This document shows positions 17,843 through 26,195 of a stretch of DNA of 64,000 nucleotides, in pieces (within the stretch, counting starts at the first letter, position 1; every line of letters starts with the position of its first letter). The position numbers were made by a program, and so were the translations under genes. Origin of the DNA: an uncultured Candidatus Actinomarina sp. (GTDB lineage Bacteria > Actinomycetota > Acidimicrobiia > Actinomarinales > Actinomarinaceae). The notes under the pieces are model-generated. The model searched no databases. It saw only the letters and a program-made list of their open reading frames with translations, and had not been told where the DNA came from. The stretch covers positions 17,515 through 81,514 of the forward strand of contig CACKZW010000002.1 in NCBI GenBank assembly GCA_902604835.1. The letters run 5' to 3'.

Positions 17843-19324
17843 ATTAGTATCAATTATTTCGCTATCTCAAGTGAACTGATTGTTATTTTGACAATTGTAA
17901 CTGCTATATCTTTAGATTTGTTACTTCCAAGAAAACTAAAGTACATTGTTGCACTTGTCTCGATACTTGGTTCCTTAATAGCTTTTGTGCCAATCATTTT
18001 TCAGTATGCAAACTACAGTTCACCAGAAATACTTTTTGAAGGAAGTTATGTAATTGATAAATTTTCCCTGATTTTGAAAGGGCTTTTCATATTAGTTACT
18101 TATTTAACCTTTTTACTATCTGTTAATTTTGTTGAGAGTGACGAATATTATCAAGGAGAGTATTACTTTCTGTTACTAAGCTCACTCCTTGGTGCTTTGG
18201 TTGTTACCTCCTCTAGAGATTTGTTAACTATGTTTATCGGTATTGAATTAGCGTCCACTCCAATGTTTCTTCTATCTGGATGGAAAAAAGGGGATCAAAA
18301 ATCAAATGAAGGATCCATAAAGTTTTTTCTATTAGGGGTTCTTTCGGCTTCGTTAATTCTTTACGGATTTTCTTTACTTTATGGTGTTACTGGAAAATTA
18401 GTTTTTTCAGACATTGCAAATACATTAATCCAATCTGATTTAAACCAATCACCTGTTACATTACTTAGTGCAATCTTAATTTTGGCTGGTATTGGATTCA
18501 AAATATCAATTGTTCCTTTTCATTCATGGGCACCAGATACTTATGAAGGTGCTCCACTTCCAGTGACTGCTTATTTGTCTGTAAGCTCTAAAGCGACTGG
18601 TTTTGTTGCATTAATAATTTTAATTTCTAAAGTATTTTACGACTCTGGTCAGGGCTTAGGAATTATCCTCGTCTTTATATCAGGTATAACGATGTTTGTT
18701 GGTAATTTGTCAGCATTGCAGCAAACTAATCCTGTAAGACTTCTTGCTTACTCATCGATTGCTCAAGCAGGATTTATTCTTGCACCTATGGCAGTTGCAG
18801 GGATAACAAGTAATTATGAAGATGGGGTGTATGCAAGTGTTACATATTTAATAATTTACGCATTCATGAACATTGGGGCATTCTTAGTTATTAACCTACT
18901 CCAAAGAAATATTCAATCAGATGACATGTATGACTGGGGAGGCCTTGCTAGAGAGATGCCGCTAGCTGGCATTTTTGCTGTAATCTTTTTCTTTTCTTTG
19001 GCAGGGATACCACCATTAGGAGGTTGGTTTGCTAAGTTTGTTGTATTTAGAAGCTTATTGAGCACAGGTGAAATCTTTGGTCTTTCTCTTGGAATTATTG
19101 GAGCTATAAATGCAGTAATTGCACTTGTTTATTATTCACGAATTTCAAAAATCATATGGATGGACAGTCCAAATGAAAATGTAAAAAGTAATAACGATAC
19201 TTTGATTCCAAGTCCATTAAGAGTTGTTGGTTTTGTAAGTTTAATTTTGACAATAGTTTCAGGAATCTTTCCAGGTATATTCAGCAATTTAGGGGAAGCG
19301 TCTTCAATATTTTTTAATAGTTAA
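17843..19324 (+). CDS. nuoN: NADH-quinone oxidoreductase subunit N; probable ATT start at 17843 (ORF track uses TTG at 17888)
   Basis: FKISIVPFHSWAPDTYEGAP, RLLAYSSIAQAG; open frame upstream of 17888 encodes a NuoN-like INYFAISSELIVIL; GGAGG 6 nt before the ATT. Confidence 0.93.
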   Translation: MSINYFAISSELIVILTIVTAISLDLLLPRKLKYIVALVSILGSLIAFVPIIFQYANYSSPEILFEGSYVIDKFSLILKGLFILVTYLTFLLSVNFVESDEYYQGEYYFLLLSSLLGALVVTSSRDLLTMFIGIELASTPMFLLSGWKKGDQKSNEGSIKFFLLGVLSASLILYGFSLLYGVTGKLVFSDIANTLIQSDLNQSPVTLLSAILILAGIGFKISIVPFHSWAPDTYEGAPLPVTAYLSVSSKATGFVALIILISKVFYDSGQGLGIILVFISGITMFVGNLSALQQTNPVRLLAYSSIAQAGFILAPMAVAGITSNYEDGVYASVTYLIIYAFMNIGAFLVINLLQRNIQSDDMYDWGGLAREMPLAGIFAVIFFFSLAGIPPLGGWFAKFVVFRSLLSTGEIFGLSLGIIGAINAVIALVYYSRISKIIWMDSPNENVKSNNDTLIPSPLRVVGFVSLILTIVSGIFPGIFSNLGEASSIFFNS

Positions 19325-19332
19325 AAAATTTC

Positions 19333-20367
19333 GTGAAAAATCAAAAATTTATAAATCATCTCAAAAAAAAATATGATAGAAATTTTTTCTACTTTGATGA
19401 ATTTATGGAGGAATCTTTGTACTCCGAATTTGGTTATTTTTTAAATGGTAAAGTTCGCTCAAGCAAAGAAGGTGATTTCCTTACATCACCGGAAGTTTCA
19501 AATTTTTTTGGGGTCTTTGTCTCAAAATGGTTAATTTCAAATAATTTAGATAATGATTCAAATATTTTAGAAATAGGAGCAGGAACAGGTTCCCTTGCTA
19601 AACAAATCTCAAAATATTTATCAAAAGATATTTATGTAACTGAATTATCCAAAAATGCTCAAAAAGCTCTGAATCAAGAAAATATAATTCTTGAAAATAA
19701 TCTAGATAGTTACATGAATAAGAACGTTGATGCAATTTACATGAACGAAATTCTTGATAACATTCCTTGCTCTGTTGGAAAGCAGATTGACAACCAATGG
19801 TTTGAGAAAACGGTAGAGATTGATAAAAATGAAAATCTAGTTTATGGACAAGTTGAAATGAGAGAAAAAAATATTGATTGGATTGAGAGATATAATTTTC
19901 TTAATAATCAGGATAATGATCTAGAAATACAATTAAATTCTGAATACTTCTTAGACGAGTTAATTAAACTAATTGATCCAAAATATTTGTTGATTTTTGA
20001 TTATGGTTTTAGATATGATGATCGAAATTCAAAACCATATAAATCAACTGTAAGAACTTACAAGGATCATCATTTTTCATCTGAACCAATAAGCATGCCA
20101 ACGGAAACGGATATTACTTATGATGTAAATTTTACTTTTTTAAAAAAGTATTTTTCGAATAATAATTTTGAAGTCCAATTGATCTATCAGTATGAATTTC
20201 TTGATAATTTTGGTTACGACCATCTGTATCAAGAACTAAAAGATAAATTACATCAAACCTCAAATATTGAACAGTTAAAAATTAAGTCAGAACTAGTTGG
20301 CCTTGAGGCAATTCATAATGAAAGAGGGCTTGGAGGATTTTATACCCTTGAAGCAAAAAAAGTATAA
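19333..20367 (+). CDS. SAM-dependent methyltransferase, MidA/NDUFAF7 family
   Basis: F.EFME.SLY..FGY, GDFLTSPEVS..FG, LEIGAG.G, NEILDNIP, FDYG, DIT..VNF. Confidence 0.85.
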   Translation: MKNQKFINHLKKKYDRNFFYFDEFMEESLYSEFGYFLNGKVRSSKEGDFLTSPEVSNFFGVFVSKWLISNNLDNDSNILEIGAGTGSLAKQISKYLSKDIYVTELSKNAQKALNQENIILENNLDSYMNKNVDAIYMNEILDNIPCSVGKQIDNQWFEKTVEIDKNENLVYGQVEMREKNIDWIERYNFLNNQDNDLEIQLNSEYFLDELIKLIDPKYLLIFDYGFRYDDRNSKPYKSTVRTYKDHHFSSEPISMPTETDITYDVNFTFLKKYFSNNNFEVQLIYQYEFLDNFGYDHLYQELKDKLHQTSNIEQLKIKSELVGLEAIHNERGLGGFYTLEAKKV

Positions 20368-20379
20368 GTTCTTGCAATT

Positions 20380-20385
20380 TATAAT
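20380..20385 (+). promoter_or_regulatory. -10 hexamer TATAAT for a leaderless htpX transcript
   Basis: Consensus TATAAT-6nt-ATG. Confidence 0.6.
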
Positions 20386-20391
20386 AAAATT

Positions 20392-21231
20392 ATGAACTTT
20401 TTAAAAACTACTACGTTGTTAACAGTAATGACACTGATAGTAGTATTTACTGCTCAAGCTTTAGGTTTCAGTTTGATTTCTTCATTATTTTTTGCATTTT
20501 TATTCAATTTTATTATGTACTTTAATTCAGCAAAAATCGCACTGGCTTCAACTAAAGCAAAAAAAATTGAGGATGGTACTTATCAAGAAGTCAAAGATAT
20601 AGTTAAGTTTTTATCTCAAAAAGAAAAAATGCCAGTCCCTGAACTATATATTATTGAGAGTGATCAACCTAACGCTTTTGCAACAGGGAGGAATCCAAAA
20701 AATTCTGCAGTTGCTGTAACAACTGGAATTTTAAAAGTATTAAACCGAGATGAATTAGAAGGGGTCTTGGCTCATGAACTTTCTCATATCAAGAATAATG
20801 ATATTTTAGTATCAAGTATTGCTGCGATGTTAGCCGCAGCTATTTCATTTATGTCAAGAATGTACTTTTGGGGAGGTGGGCGAAGAGATAGAAATGGACA
20901 TCCAGCAATAATTTTGATAGCTTTTATTGCTGCACCAATTGCATCATTAATAATCAGGATGGCTATTTCAAGAACAAGAGAATATGGGGCTGACAAAACA
21001 GGTTCATTAATTTCTGGAAATCCTTTAGCACTTGCATCTGCTTTAGAAAAAATAGAGATGTATTCTAAAAATCCATTAGATGTTAATCCAGCTGTAAGTC
21101 AACTTTTTATCTCAAACCCTCTGAAGTCATTTTCAGGTTCTGGATTAGGAAAATTATTCTCTACTCATCCACCAACAAAAGAAAGAGTAAGAAGGCTTAG
21201 AGAGGGTGCTAGTGGAATCAGATATAGATAA
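20392..21231 (+). CDS. htpX: Membrane zinc metalloprotease HtpX (M48)
   Basis: PNAFATGRNP, GVLAHELSH, SRTREYGAD, LFSTHPP. Confidence 0.95.
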   Translation: MNFLKTTTLLTVMTLIVVFTAQALGFSLISSLFFAFLFNFIMYFNSAKIALASTKAKKIEDGTYQEVKDIVKFLSQKEKMPVPELYIIESDQPNAFATGRNPKNSAVAVTTGILKVLNRDELEGVLAHELSHIKNNDILVSSIAAMLAAAISFMSRMYFWGGGRRDRNGHPAIILIAFIAAPIASLIIRMAISRTREYGADKTGSLISGNPLALASALEKIEMYSKNPLDVNPAVSQLFISNPLKSFSGSGLGKLFSTHPPTKERVRRLREGASGIRYR

Positions 21232-21571
21232 AGAAGAAACCAATTCAGAGATTGAGCCTGAAGATCTTCAGCAAAAACTTGATGATGGTTGGAAGTTAGT
21301 TGATGTTAGAGAGGATGACGAGTGGATGTACGGGCATCATTCGGAAGCTGAACATATAAAAATGGGGGACATTACAGATAAATTAAATTTGTTTGAAAAA
21401 AATGAAAAATATGTCATTGTTTGTAGATCAGGACAAAGATCTGGTAAAGTTTCAGAATTTTTACGATCAAAAGATATAATTTCTTACAATTTACTGGGTG
21501 GAATGAAAAAACTATCCAATTTTTCAACAGAAATAATTTCTAGCAATGGAAATCCTGGAACAATCATTTAA
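21206..21571 (+). CDS. Rhodanese-like domain protein
   Basis: LVDVRE..EW..GH, VCRSGQRS, NLLGGM. Confidence 0.88.
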   Translation: MLVESDIDKEETNSEIEPEDLQQKLDDGWKLVDVREDDEWMYGHHSEAEHIKMGDITDKLNLFEKNEKYVIVCRSGQRSGKVSEFLRSKDIISYNLLGGMKKLSNFSTEIISSNGNPGTII

Positions 21572-21580
21572 AATCAATTT

Positions 21581-22537
21581 GTGATAGTTTGCATTGGAAA
21601 CGCACTAGTTGACACGCTTCAGCAAATTGATGAGAATATCATTGAGAAGCTCGATTTAAACAAAGCTCGAATGACTCTAGTTGATAAAGAGAGATCTAAT
21701 TTTTTATTAGAAAATATGCCAAACCCTACATATGCAGCTGGTGGATCAGCTGCAAATACAGCTTATTGGATTTCTGTACTAGGAGGACAGGCAGGCTTTA
21801 TCGGAAAAGTTTCAAATGATGATTTAGGAAAACAATTTAAATCGAGTTTATCAGAACACGGACTAGAAGACCTTACTGTTTACGAAGAAGGCGATGATCA
21901 AACTGGACTGTGTGCAATTTTTATAACTCCAGACGGAGAGAGAACAATGAACACTTATCTAGGTGCAGGAGCACAGCTTTCGATGAGTGACCTCAATGAG
22001 CAAGCAATAAAGAAATGCAATATATTGTATATGGAAGGTTACCTTTGGGATAGATTACCAAGCAAAGAAGCATTTATATATGCCTCCAATGTTAATAAAT
22101 TATCTGGAGGTAAAAATGCTTTATCATTATCTGATGTTTTTTGTGTTGAAGCGCATAGAGACAGCTTTTTAGATTTGATAAAAGAAAATATTGATTACGT
22201 TTTTTGTAATGAAGATGAATTGAAAGCTTTAACTTTACAAGATACAGCAGAAAAATCTTTTAAATTCTTTGAAGAGAATTTTCCTAAATTAGAACAATTG
22301 ATTTGTACGTTAGGATCAAAAGGCGCAATTGTTATAAAAGACAATAAAGAATATTTCTTTGAAGCTACAGAGGCTAACGTGATAGATAAAACTGGAGCAG
22401 GAGATTTCTTTGCTGCTGGATACCTATATGGATTGCAAAAAAACTTAACTATTGATGAGTCTGCAAACTTTGCTAATAAAAGTGCAGCACATGTTATTAG
22501 TGAGATTGGCGTTAGACCAGAAAGAGATTTTTCTTAA
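21581..22537 (+). CDS. PfkB-family carbohydrate/adenosine kinase
   Basis: GNALVD, GGSAAN, GERTMNTYLGAG, DKTGAGDFFAAG; TAAAAT-6nt-GTG. Confidence 0.9.
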   Translation: MIVCIGNALVDTLQQIDENIIEKLDLNKARMTLVDKERSNFLLENMPNPTYAAGGSAANTAYWISVLGGQAGFIGKVSNDDLGKQFKSSLSEHGLEDLTVYEEGDDQTGLCAIFITPDGERTMNTYLGAGAQLSMSDLNEQAIKKCNILYMEGYLWDRLPSKEAFIYASNVNKLSGGKNALSLSDVFCVEAHRDSFLDLIKENIDYVFCNEDELKALTLQDTAEKSFKFFEENFPKLEQLICTLGSKGAIVIKDNKEYFFEATEANVIDKTGAGDFFAAGYLYGLQKNLTIDESANFANKSAAHVISEIGVRPERDFS

Positions 22538-23304
22538 TTAGTCCAACCTAAAAGATTTAATATTCTTTTTTCCTCAAAATTTTCGAGTTCAAGATTTAAT
22601 TCTTCAAATTGAACAATAACAGGATCGAATTCTTTATCTTTTGAAAACAATAGAAGATTATTCTCTGAATCTATTCCAACTATGCTATTTCCATCATGAG
22701 ACCATTTCAATGATTCGAATCTATAATTTGTTGGTGCTTTTGAACGATATACTTCTATAGATTCATATCTGGTTTGATAATAAATAGTTATAACTCTTGA
22801 GTCATAATCTGATGTCTCCCAAGGGTCTATAAGCTTTTCACCATATATATTCATTTTTTCTGATTCTTGAGCAAAATTAGGGTTTTTAATTTTATCTAAT
22901 ATTTCTCCACTATTTAATTCGATAACTAAGCCCATTTCGGTGTTGGTTGATTCATCCCAATATCTAATTAAGATATCTCGCTCTTCATATAATTGAGCAT
23001 CAAAAAAATTGATATTGTAACCTAAGTCATATTCGAGATCACTGGTACAAATAATTTTCTCCTCTTTAAGTAAATTATTATTTAGGTCTACAGAAAAAAT
23101 ACATTCATCCATAATATCTGGCGCCGGAGGAATAAGATTTTGGCTTTCAATCTCAACCCTATAAATAATTTTTCCATCAAATTCCATATTGCTAGTGAGG
23201 TTTCCGTATTCTGGTAAAGGAATAACACCAAAAACGGCAACAATTATTGTTGTTGTAAGGAAAATCATTAAAGAAAGAAATAATGGTAAATTAACTTTAT
23301 TCAT
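22534..23304 (-). CDS. Hypothetical N-terminally membrane-anchored protein with an acidic, beta-rich extracytoplasmic domain
   Basis: N-terminal hydrophobic helix; WSHDG-type beta-propeller-like motif near the C-terminus; co-oriented 6 bp after the DUF2157 gene. Confidence 0.6.
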   Translation of the reverse strand: MNKVNLPLFLSLMIFLTTTIIVAVFGVIPLPEYGNLTSNMEFDGKIIYRVEIESQNLIPPAPDIMDECIFSVDLNNNLLKEEKIICTSDLEYDLGYNINFFDAQLYEERDILIRYWDESTNTEMGLVIELNSGEILDKIKNPNFAQESEKMNIYGEKLIDPWETSDYDSRVITIYYQTRYESIEVYRSKAPTNYRFESLKWSHDGNSIVGIDSENNLLLFSKDKEFDPVIVQFEELNLELENFEEKRILNLLGWTN

Positions 23305-23310
23305 AAATCT

Positions 23311-24294
23311 TTAAGGTTTAGTTGTCTTTATATTTGCTCTAATAGAGTTTAGGTACAAGCCAACGACCACAAGGACACCTCCTACTAAAAAGAGAATTAA
23401 TGGTGGCCAAATGTTATCTGGTAATATTTCAGTAATTAGTCTTGGTAAGTTGATGACAAGACCTAATCCTCCAATAAAAAAGATAACTTGTTCTGAAAGC
23501 TGGATGCTAGCCCAAACGTAAAATATAGAACCAAAGATAAGAATCAAAATAGTAATTATTTCACTATCGATCAAGTCTTCTATAAAAATGATTGAACCTA
23601 TTGAAACAGTTGTAGTAGATAAAAAATAACCTAGCCAACTTGGCTTGAGCAATGTTGAATAAGTATTGATACCCCAGACACTTCCAATAGCAATTAAAAA
23701 AAGTCCTCCGGCCCAAGGTTCGATGTTTGGAAAAATTAAATTTCCAGTAGCTCCCAAGAAAAAACATAAACAATAAAATAATCCAGCATGTTGGAAAATT
23801 AGTTTTGTTCTTTGAAATAAATATATTGCATATAAGAGAACAAAGAAAGAAACAATAACATATAACAACTCTTCACTAACATATATAATCTCAGTTTCTT
23901 GAAGAATATTTAAAGTAAAAGTTATAGTTGCACCAAACGATATATTTGAGATTAAGAATAAAAATGAGCTCACTCTGTCAGTAGATTTAAAAATAAATAA
24001 TTTTCCATCTTCCATCTTTTCGCTATATCCAGCTGTATAAAAAAGAAAATAAGTAGTTGCAATTAAAAGTCCTAGTTGAGCCCAGTAAGCAAGATTCTCC
24101 CACAATAATGGAATTGTGCCTAGTAGACCTGATAAAAGAAACAATCCTCCGATTAGTGTTATTGCTCTAGCAACTTTAGATTTTTGGTTTGGATCAGAAT
24201 TTTCTTCGAAGTTAACTATCTCTTTATAAGTTTCTTGATTGATTAAGCCATTATCAAGCCATCTTTTTAGTAATTCTGCTACTTTTCTATTCAC
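23311..24294 (-). CDS. DUF2157-like multi-pass membrane protein
   Basis: N-terminal L.RW.D.GLI..E.Y..I motif followed by ~10 TM segments; TAGGAT-6nt-GTG. Confidence 0.75.
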   Translation of the reverse strand: MNRKVAELLKRWLDNGLINQETYKEIVNFEENSDPNQKSKVARAITLIGGLFLLSGLLGTIPLLWENLAYWAQLGLLIATTYFLFYTAGYSEKMEDGKLFIFKSTDRVSSFLFLISNISFGATITFTLNILQETEIIYVSEELLYVIVSFFVLLYAIYLFQRTKLIFQHAGLFYCLCFFLGATGNLIFPNIEPWAGGLFLIAIGSVWGINTYSTLLKPSWLGYFLSTTTVSIGSIIFIEDLIDSEIITILILIFGSIFYVWASIQLSEQVIFFIGGLGLVINLPRLITEILPDNIWPPLILFLVGGVLVVVGLYLNSIRANIKTTKP

Positions 24295-24339
24295 AATTTA
24301 ATCCTAATCAAATTAAATTACCTCTTACGAAAATTCCTA

Positions 24340-24345
24340 TATAAT
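24340..24345 (+). promoter_or_regulatory. -10 TATAAT upstream of the tRNA cluster
   Basis: Consensus hexamer 25 nt before tRNA-Tyr; another TATAAT at 24537-24542 precedes tRNA-Met. Confidence 0.55.
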
Positions 24346-24370
24346 CTAAACTTTAAAAAGACTAATTATT

Positions 24371-24452
24371 GCCGGGATGCCCGAGCGGCCAAAGGGAGCA
24401 GACTGTAAATCTGCCGGCTATGCCTACGTAGGTTCGAATCCTTCTCCCGGCA
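24371..24452 (+). tRNA. tRNA-Tyr(GTA), CCA not encoded
   Basis: GCCGGGA/TCCCGGC acceptor stem, GCAGA-CTGTAAA-TCTGC anticodon arm, long variable arm, GGTTCGAATCC. Confidence 0.97.
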
Positions 24453-24455
24453 CTG

Positions 24456-24528
24456 GCCCTCTTAGCTCAGCTGGTAGAGCACTTCCATGGTAAGGAAGAG
24501 GTCTCCGGTTCAAACCCGGAAGAGGGCT
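24456..24528 (+). tRNA. tRNA-Thr(GGT), CCA not encoded
   Basis: GCCCTCT/AGAGGGC acceptor stem, CTTCC-ATGGTAA-GGAAG anticodon arm. Confidence 0.97.
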
Positions 24529-24553
24529 CCCAAGTCTATAATTAATTAGGTTT

Positions 24554-24627
24554 GGCGGCGTAGCTCAGTTGGTAAGAGCGCACGACTCATAATCGTGAGG
24601 TCGGCAGTTCAAGTCTGCCCGCCGCTA
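24554..24627 (+). tRNA. tRNA-Met(CAT), elongator type, CCA not encoded
   Basis: GGCGGCG/CGCCGCT acceptor stem, CACGA-CTCATAA-TCGTG; lacks initiator features. Confidence 0.93.
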
Positions 24628-24649
24628 CAAAAAAATAGGAGGAATAGAA

Positions 24650-24811
24650 ATGGCTTCAGACAAGAGACCACCAATCACATTGGTATGTACTGAAACTGGT
24701 GATCATAATTATGTGACTACAAAAAATAAAACTAATACCCCAGATAGACTGGAGTTAATGAAATATAGTCCAAGGTTAAAAAAACACACACTTCATCGAG
24801 AAAAAAGATAG
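24650..24811 (+). CDS. rpmG: 50S ribosomal protein L33, Zn-ribbon-less form (absent from the ORF track)
   Basis: Manual translation [53 protein letters not shown]; SD AGGAGG. Confidence 0.96.
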   Translation: MASDKRPPITLVCTETGDHNYVTTKNKTNTPDRLELMKYSPRLKKHTLHREKR

Positions 24812-24844
24812 AAAAAGTAATTTTTTACTTTATCCTTAAATAAG

Positions 24845-25429
24845 ATGAAAAATATTGCAAAACTTAATCACTTTGGTGAAGAAGTATCTAATTCTGAGCT
24901 TGTAAAAAAGTCTCAATTAGGTGACAAAAGCGCTTTTGAAGAGCTTGTCAAAAGACATCAAGATTTAGTTTTTTCTCTTTCATTTAAATTAACTGGAAAC
25001 AGAGAACTTGCAAATGATGTTGCTCAAGAGGCATTCATTAGAGCCTGGAAAGCAATTGAAAAATTTAGAGGTGATTCTACATTTGGGACCTGGATATACC
25101 GAATAACAGTCAACACGGCATGGACATTAAGAAAAAAAGCAAAAAAACACTACTCATTAAATATTGAAGATACACAAGAGCCAGTTGTGATAGATGAAAA
25201 AAAAGATCCAGAGTTAGTAGCAATTAACTCAGATCTTTCAGTTGTACTTCGAAAAGCATTAAATCAAATACCTCTTGAGCAAAGAATAATTGTTGAACTT
25301 AAAAATATCGAAGGAAGGTCACACAAAGAAATAGCAGATTATCTAGACATCAGTGTTACTGCTGCAAAAGTAAGACTTCATAGAGCTCACCAAAAGCTAA
25401 GAAATATACTTGAGGAGATTGAAGCGTGA
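24845..25429 (+). CDS. ECF-family RNA polymerase sigma factor
   Basis: GDKSAFEELV.RH, DVAQEAFIRAW, F.TWIYRITVN (region 2); SHKEIA..L.IS..AAKVRLHRA (region 4). Confidence 0.95.
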   Translation: MKNIAKLNHFGEEVSNSELVKKSQLGDKSAFEELVKRHQDLVFSLSFKLTGNRELANDVAQEAFIRAWKAIEKFRGDSTFGTWIYRITVNTAWTLRKKAKKHYSLNIEDTQEPVVIDEKKDPELVAINSDLSVVLRKALNQIPLEQRIIVELKNIEGRSHKEIADYLDISVTAAKVRLHRAHQKLRNILEEIEA

Positions 25430-25806
25430 GAGAATTATTAGATAGTTTAAAAGACAATTTCATATGCAGAAGAAAAAGAAGTCAAATGATGAGAACATAT
25501 TTAAGTGGAAAGTATTTTCTTTTTGATTCTGACAATCATATTTCCTATTGTCCAAAGTGCCAAGTAGCTGGAAAACGATATAAAGCTTTCAGAGAAGAGC
25601 TTGAATCTGAGGTAAATAAAGAAGTTGAAGTACCTAGTGATTTTGCCTCCAAAGTAATTGATTCGCTTGATAAAAAAGTAAAAACAACTACAAATAAGGG
25701 TACAAAAATAATACTATTATCTTTAATTGGTTTAATATCATTGTTGATTTTAGTTTTTGGAATAAAGCGCTCTTCTAACGAGATTGATGATATTGATAAA
25801 GATTAG
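25426..25806 (+). CDS. ZAS (zf-HC2) anti-sigma factor with a C-terminal TM helix
   Basis: Cys14 plus H-x3-C-x2-C (HISYCPKC); GTGA overlap with the sigma stop; hydrophobic segment IILLSLIGLISLLILVFGI. Confidence 0.85.
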   Translation: MRELLDSLKDNFICRRKRSQMMRTYLSGKYFLFDSDNHISYCPKCQVAGKRYKAFREELESEVNKEVEVPSDFASKVIDSLDKKVKTTTNKGTKIILLSLIGLISLLILVFGIKRSSNEIDDIDKD

Positions 25807-25878
25807 GGGTGTAGCTCTAACTGGCAGAGCGCCGGTCTCCAAAACCGGAGGTTGTGAGTTCGAATCTCACCGCCCCTG
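25805..25878 (+). tRNA. tRNA-Trp(CCA), CCA end not encoded
   Basis: AGGGGTG/CGCCCCT acceptor stem, CCGGT-CTCCAAA-ACCGG, GTGAG-TTCGAAT-CTCAC. Confidence 0.97.
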
Positions 25879-25892
25879 CTAAAGAGGTAATT

Positions 25893-26192
25893 ATGAATGA
25901 AATGAATAGAGAAATGAGAAGAATGTCTGAGCGTGAAGAACGCTTGGCAAAAAAAGCCGATAGAAATATTGGTAAATACAACACTGAAAAAGTTTCAAGA
26001 TTTAAAAGAATTTCTAATTATATAGGTGAAGTGAGGACAGAATTAAAGAGAGTAAATTGGCCCTCAACTCAAATTTTATCGACTTTTACAATCGTAACAA
26101 TTGTGACAATAATAACGATGACTCTATTAATATTTGGAATGGACTTTGGTTTTAAAAATACATTAATTAGCATGTTATCTTCTGGAGAATAA
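25893..26192 (+). CDS. secE: Preprotein translocase subunit SecE
   Basis: EVRTELKRVNWPS plus one TM; the ORF-track start inside tRNA-Trp is rejected; SD GAGG. Confidence 0.93.
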   Translation: MNEMNREMRRMSEREERLAKKADRNIGKYNTEKVSRFKRISNYIGEVRTELKRVNWPSTQILSTFTIVTIVTIITMTLLIFGMDFGFKNTLISMLSSGE

Positions 26193-26195
26193 ATT

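Noticed and set aside
24371-25878. None of the four tRNAs encodes CCA; tRNA-Tyr has a U-U mismatch in the T stem
   Set aside because: Non-encoded CCA is common in Gram-positive bacteria, and one mismatch does not indicate a pseudogene.
25854-25892. SecE N-terminal extension in the ORF track
   Set aside because: The GTG start lies inside tRNA-Trp; the ATG at 25893 has an SD.
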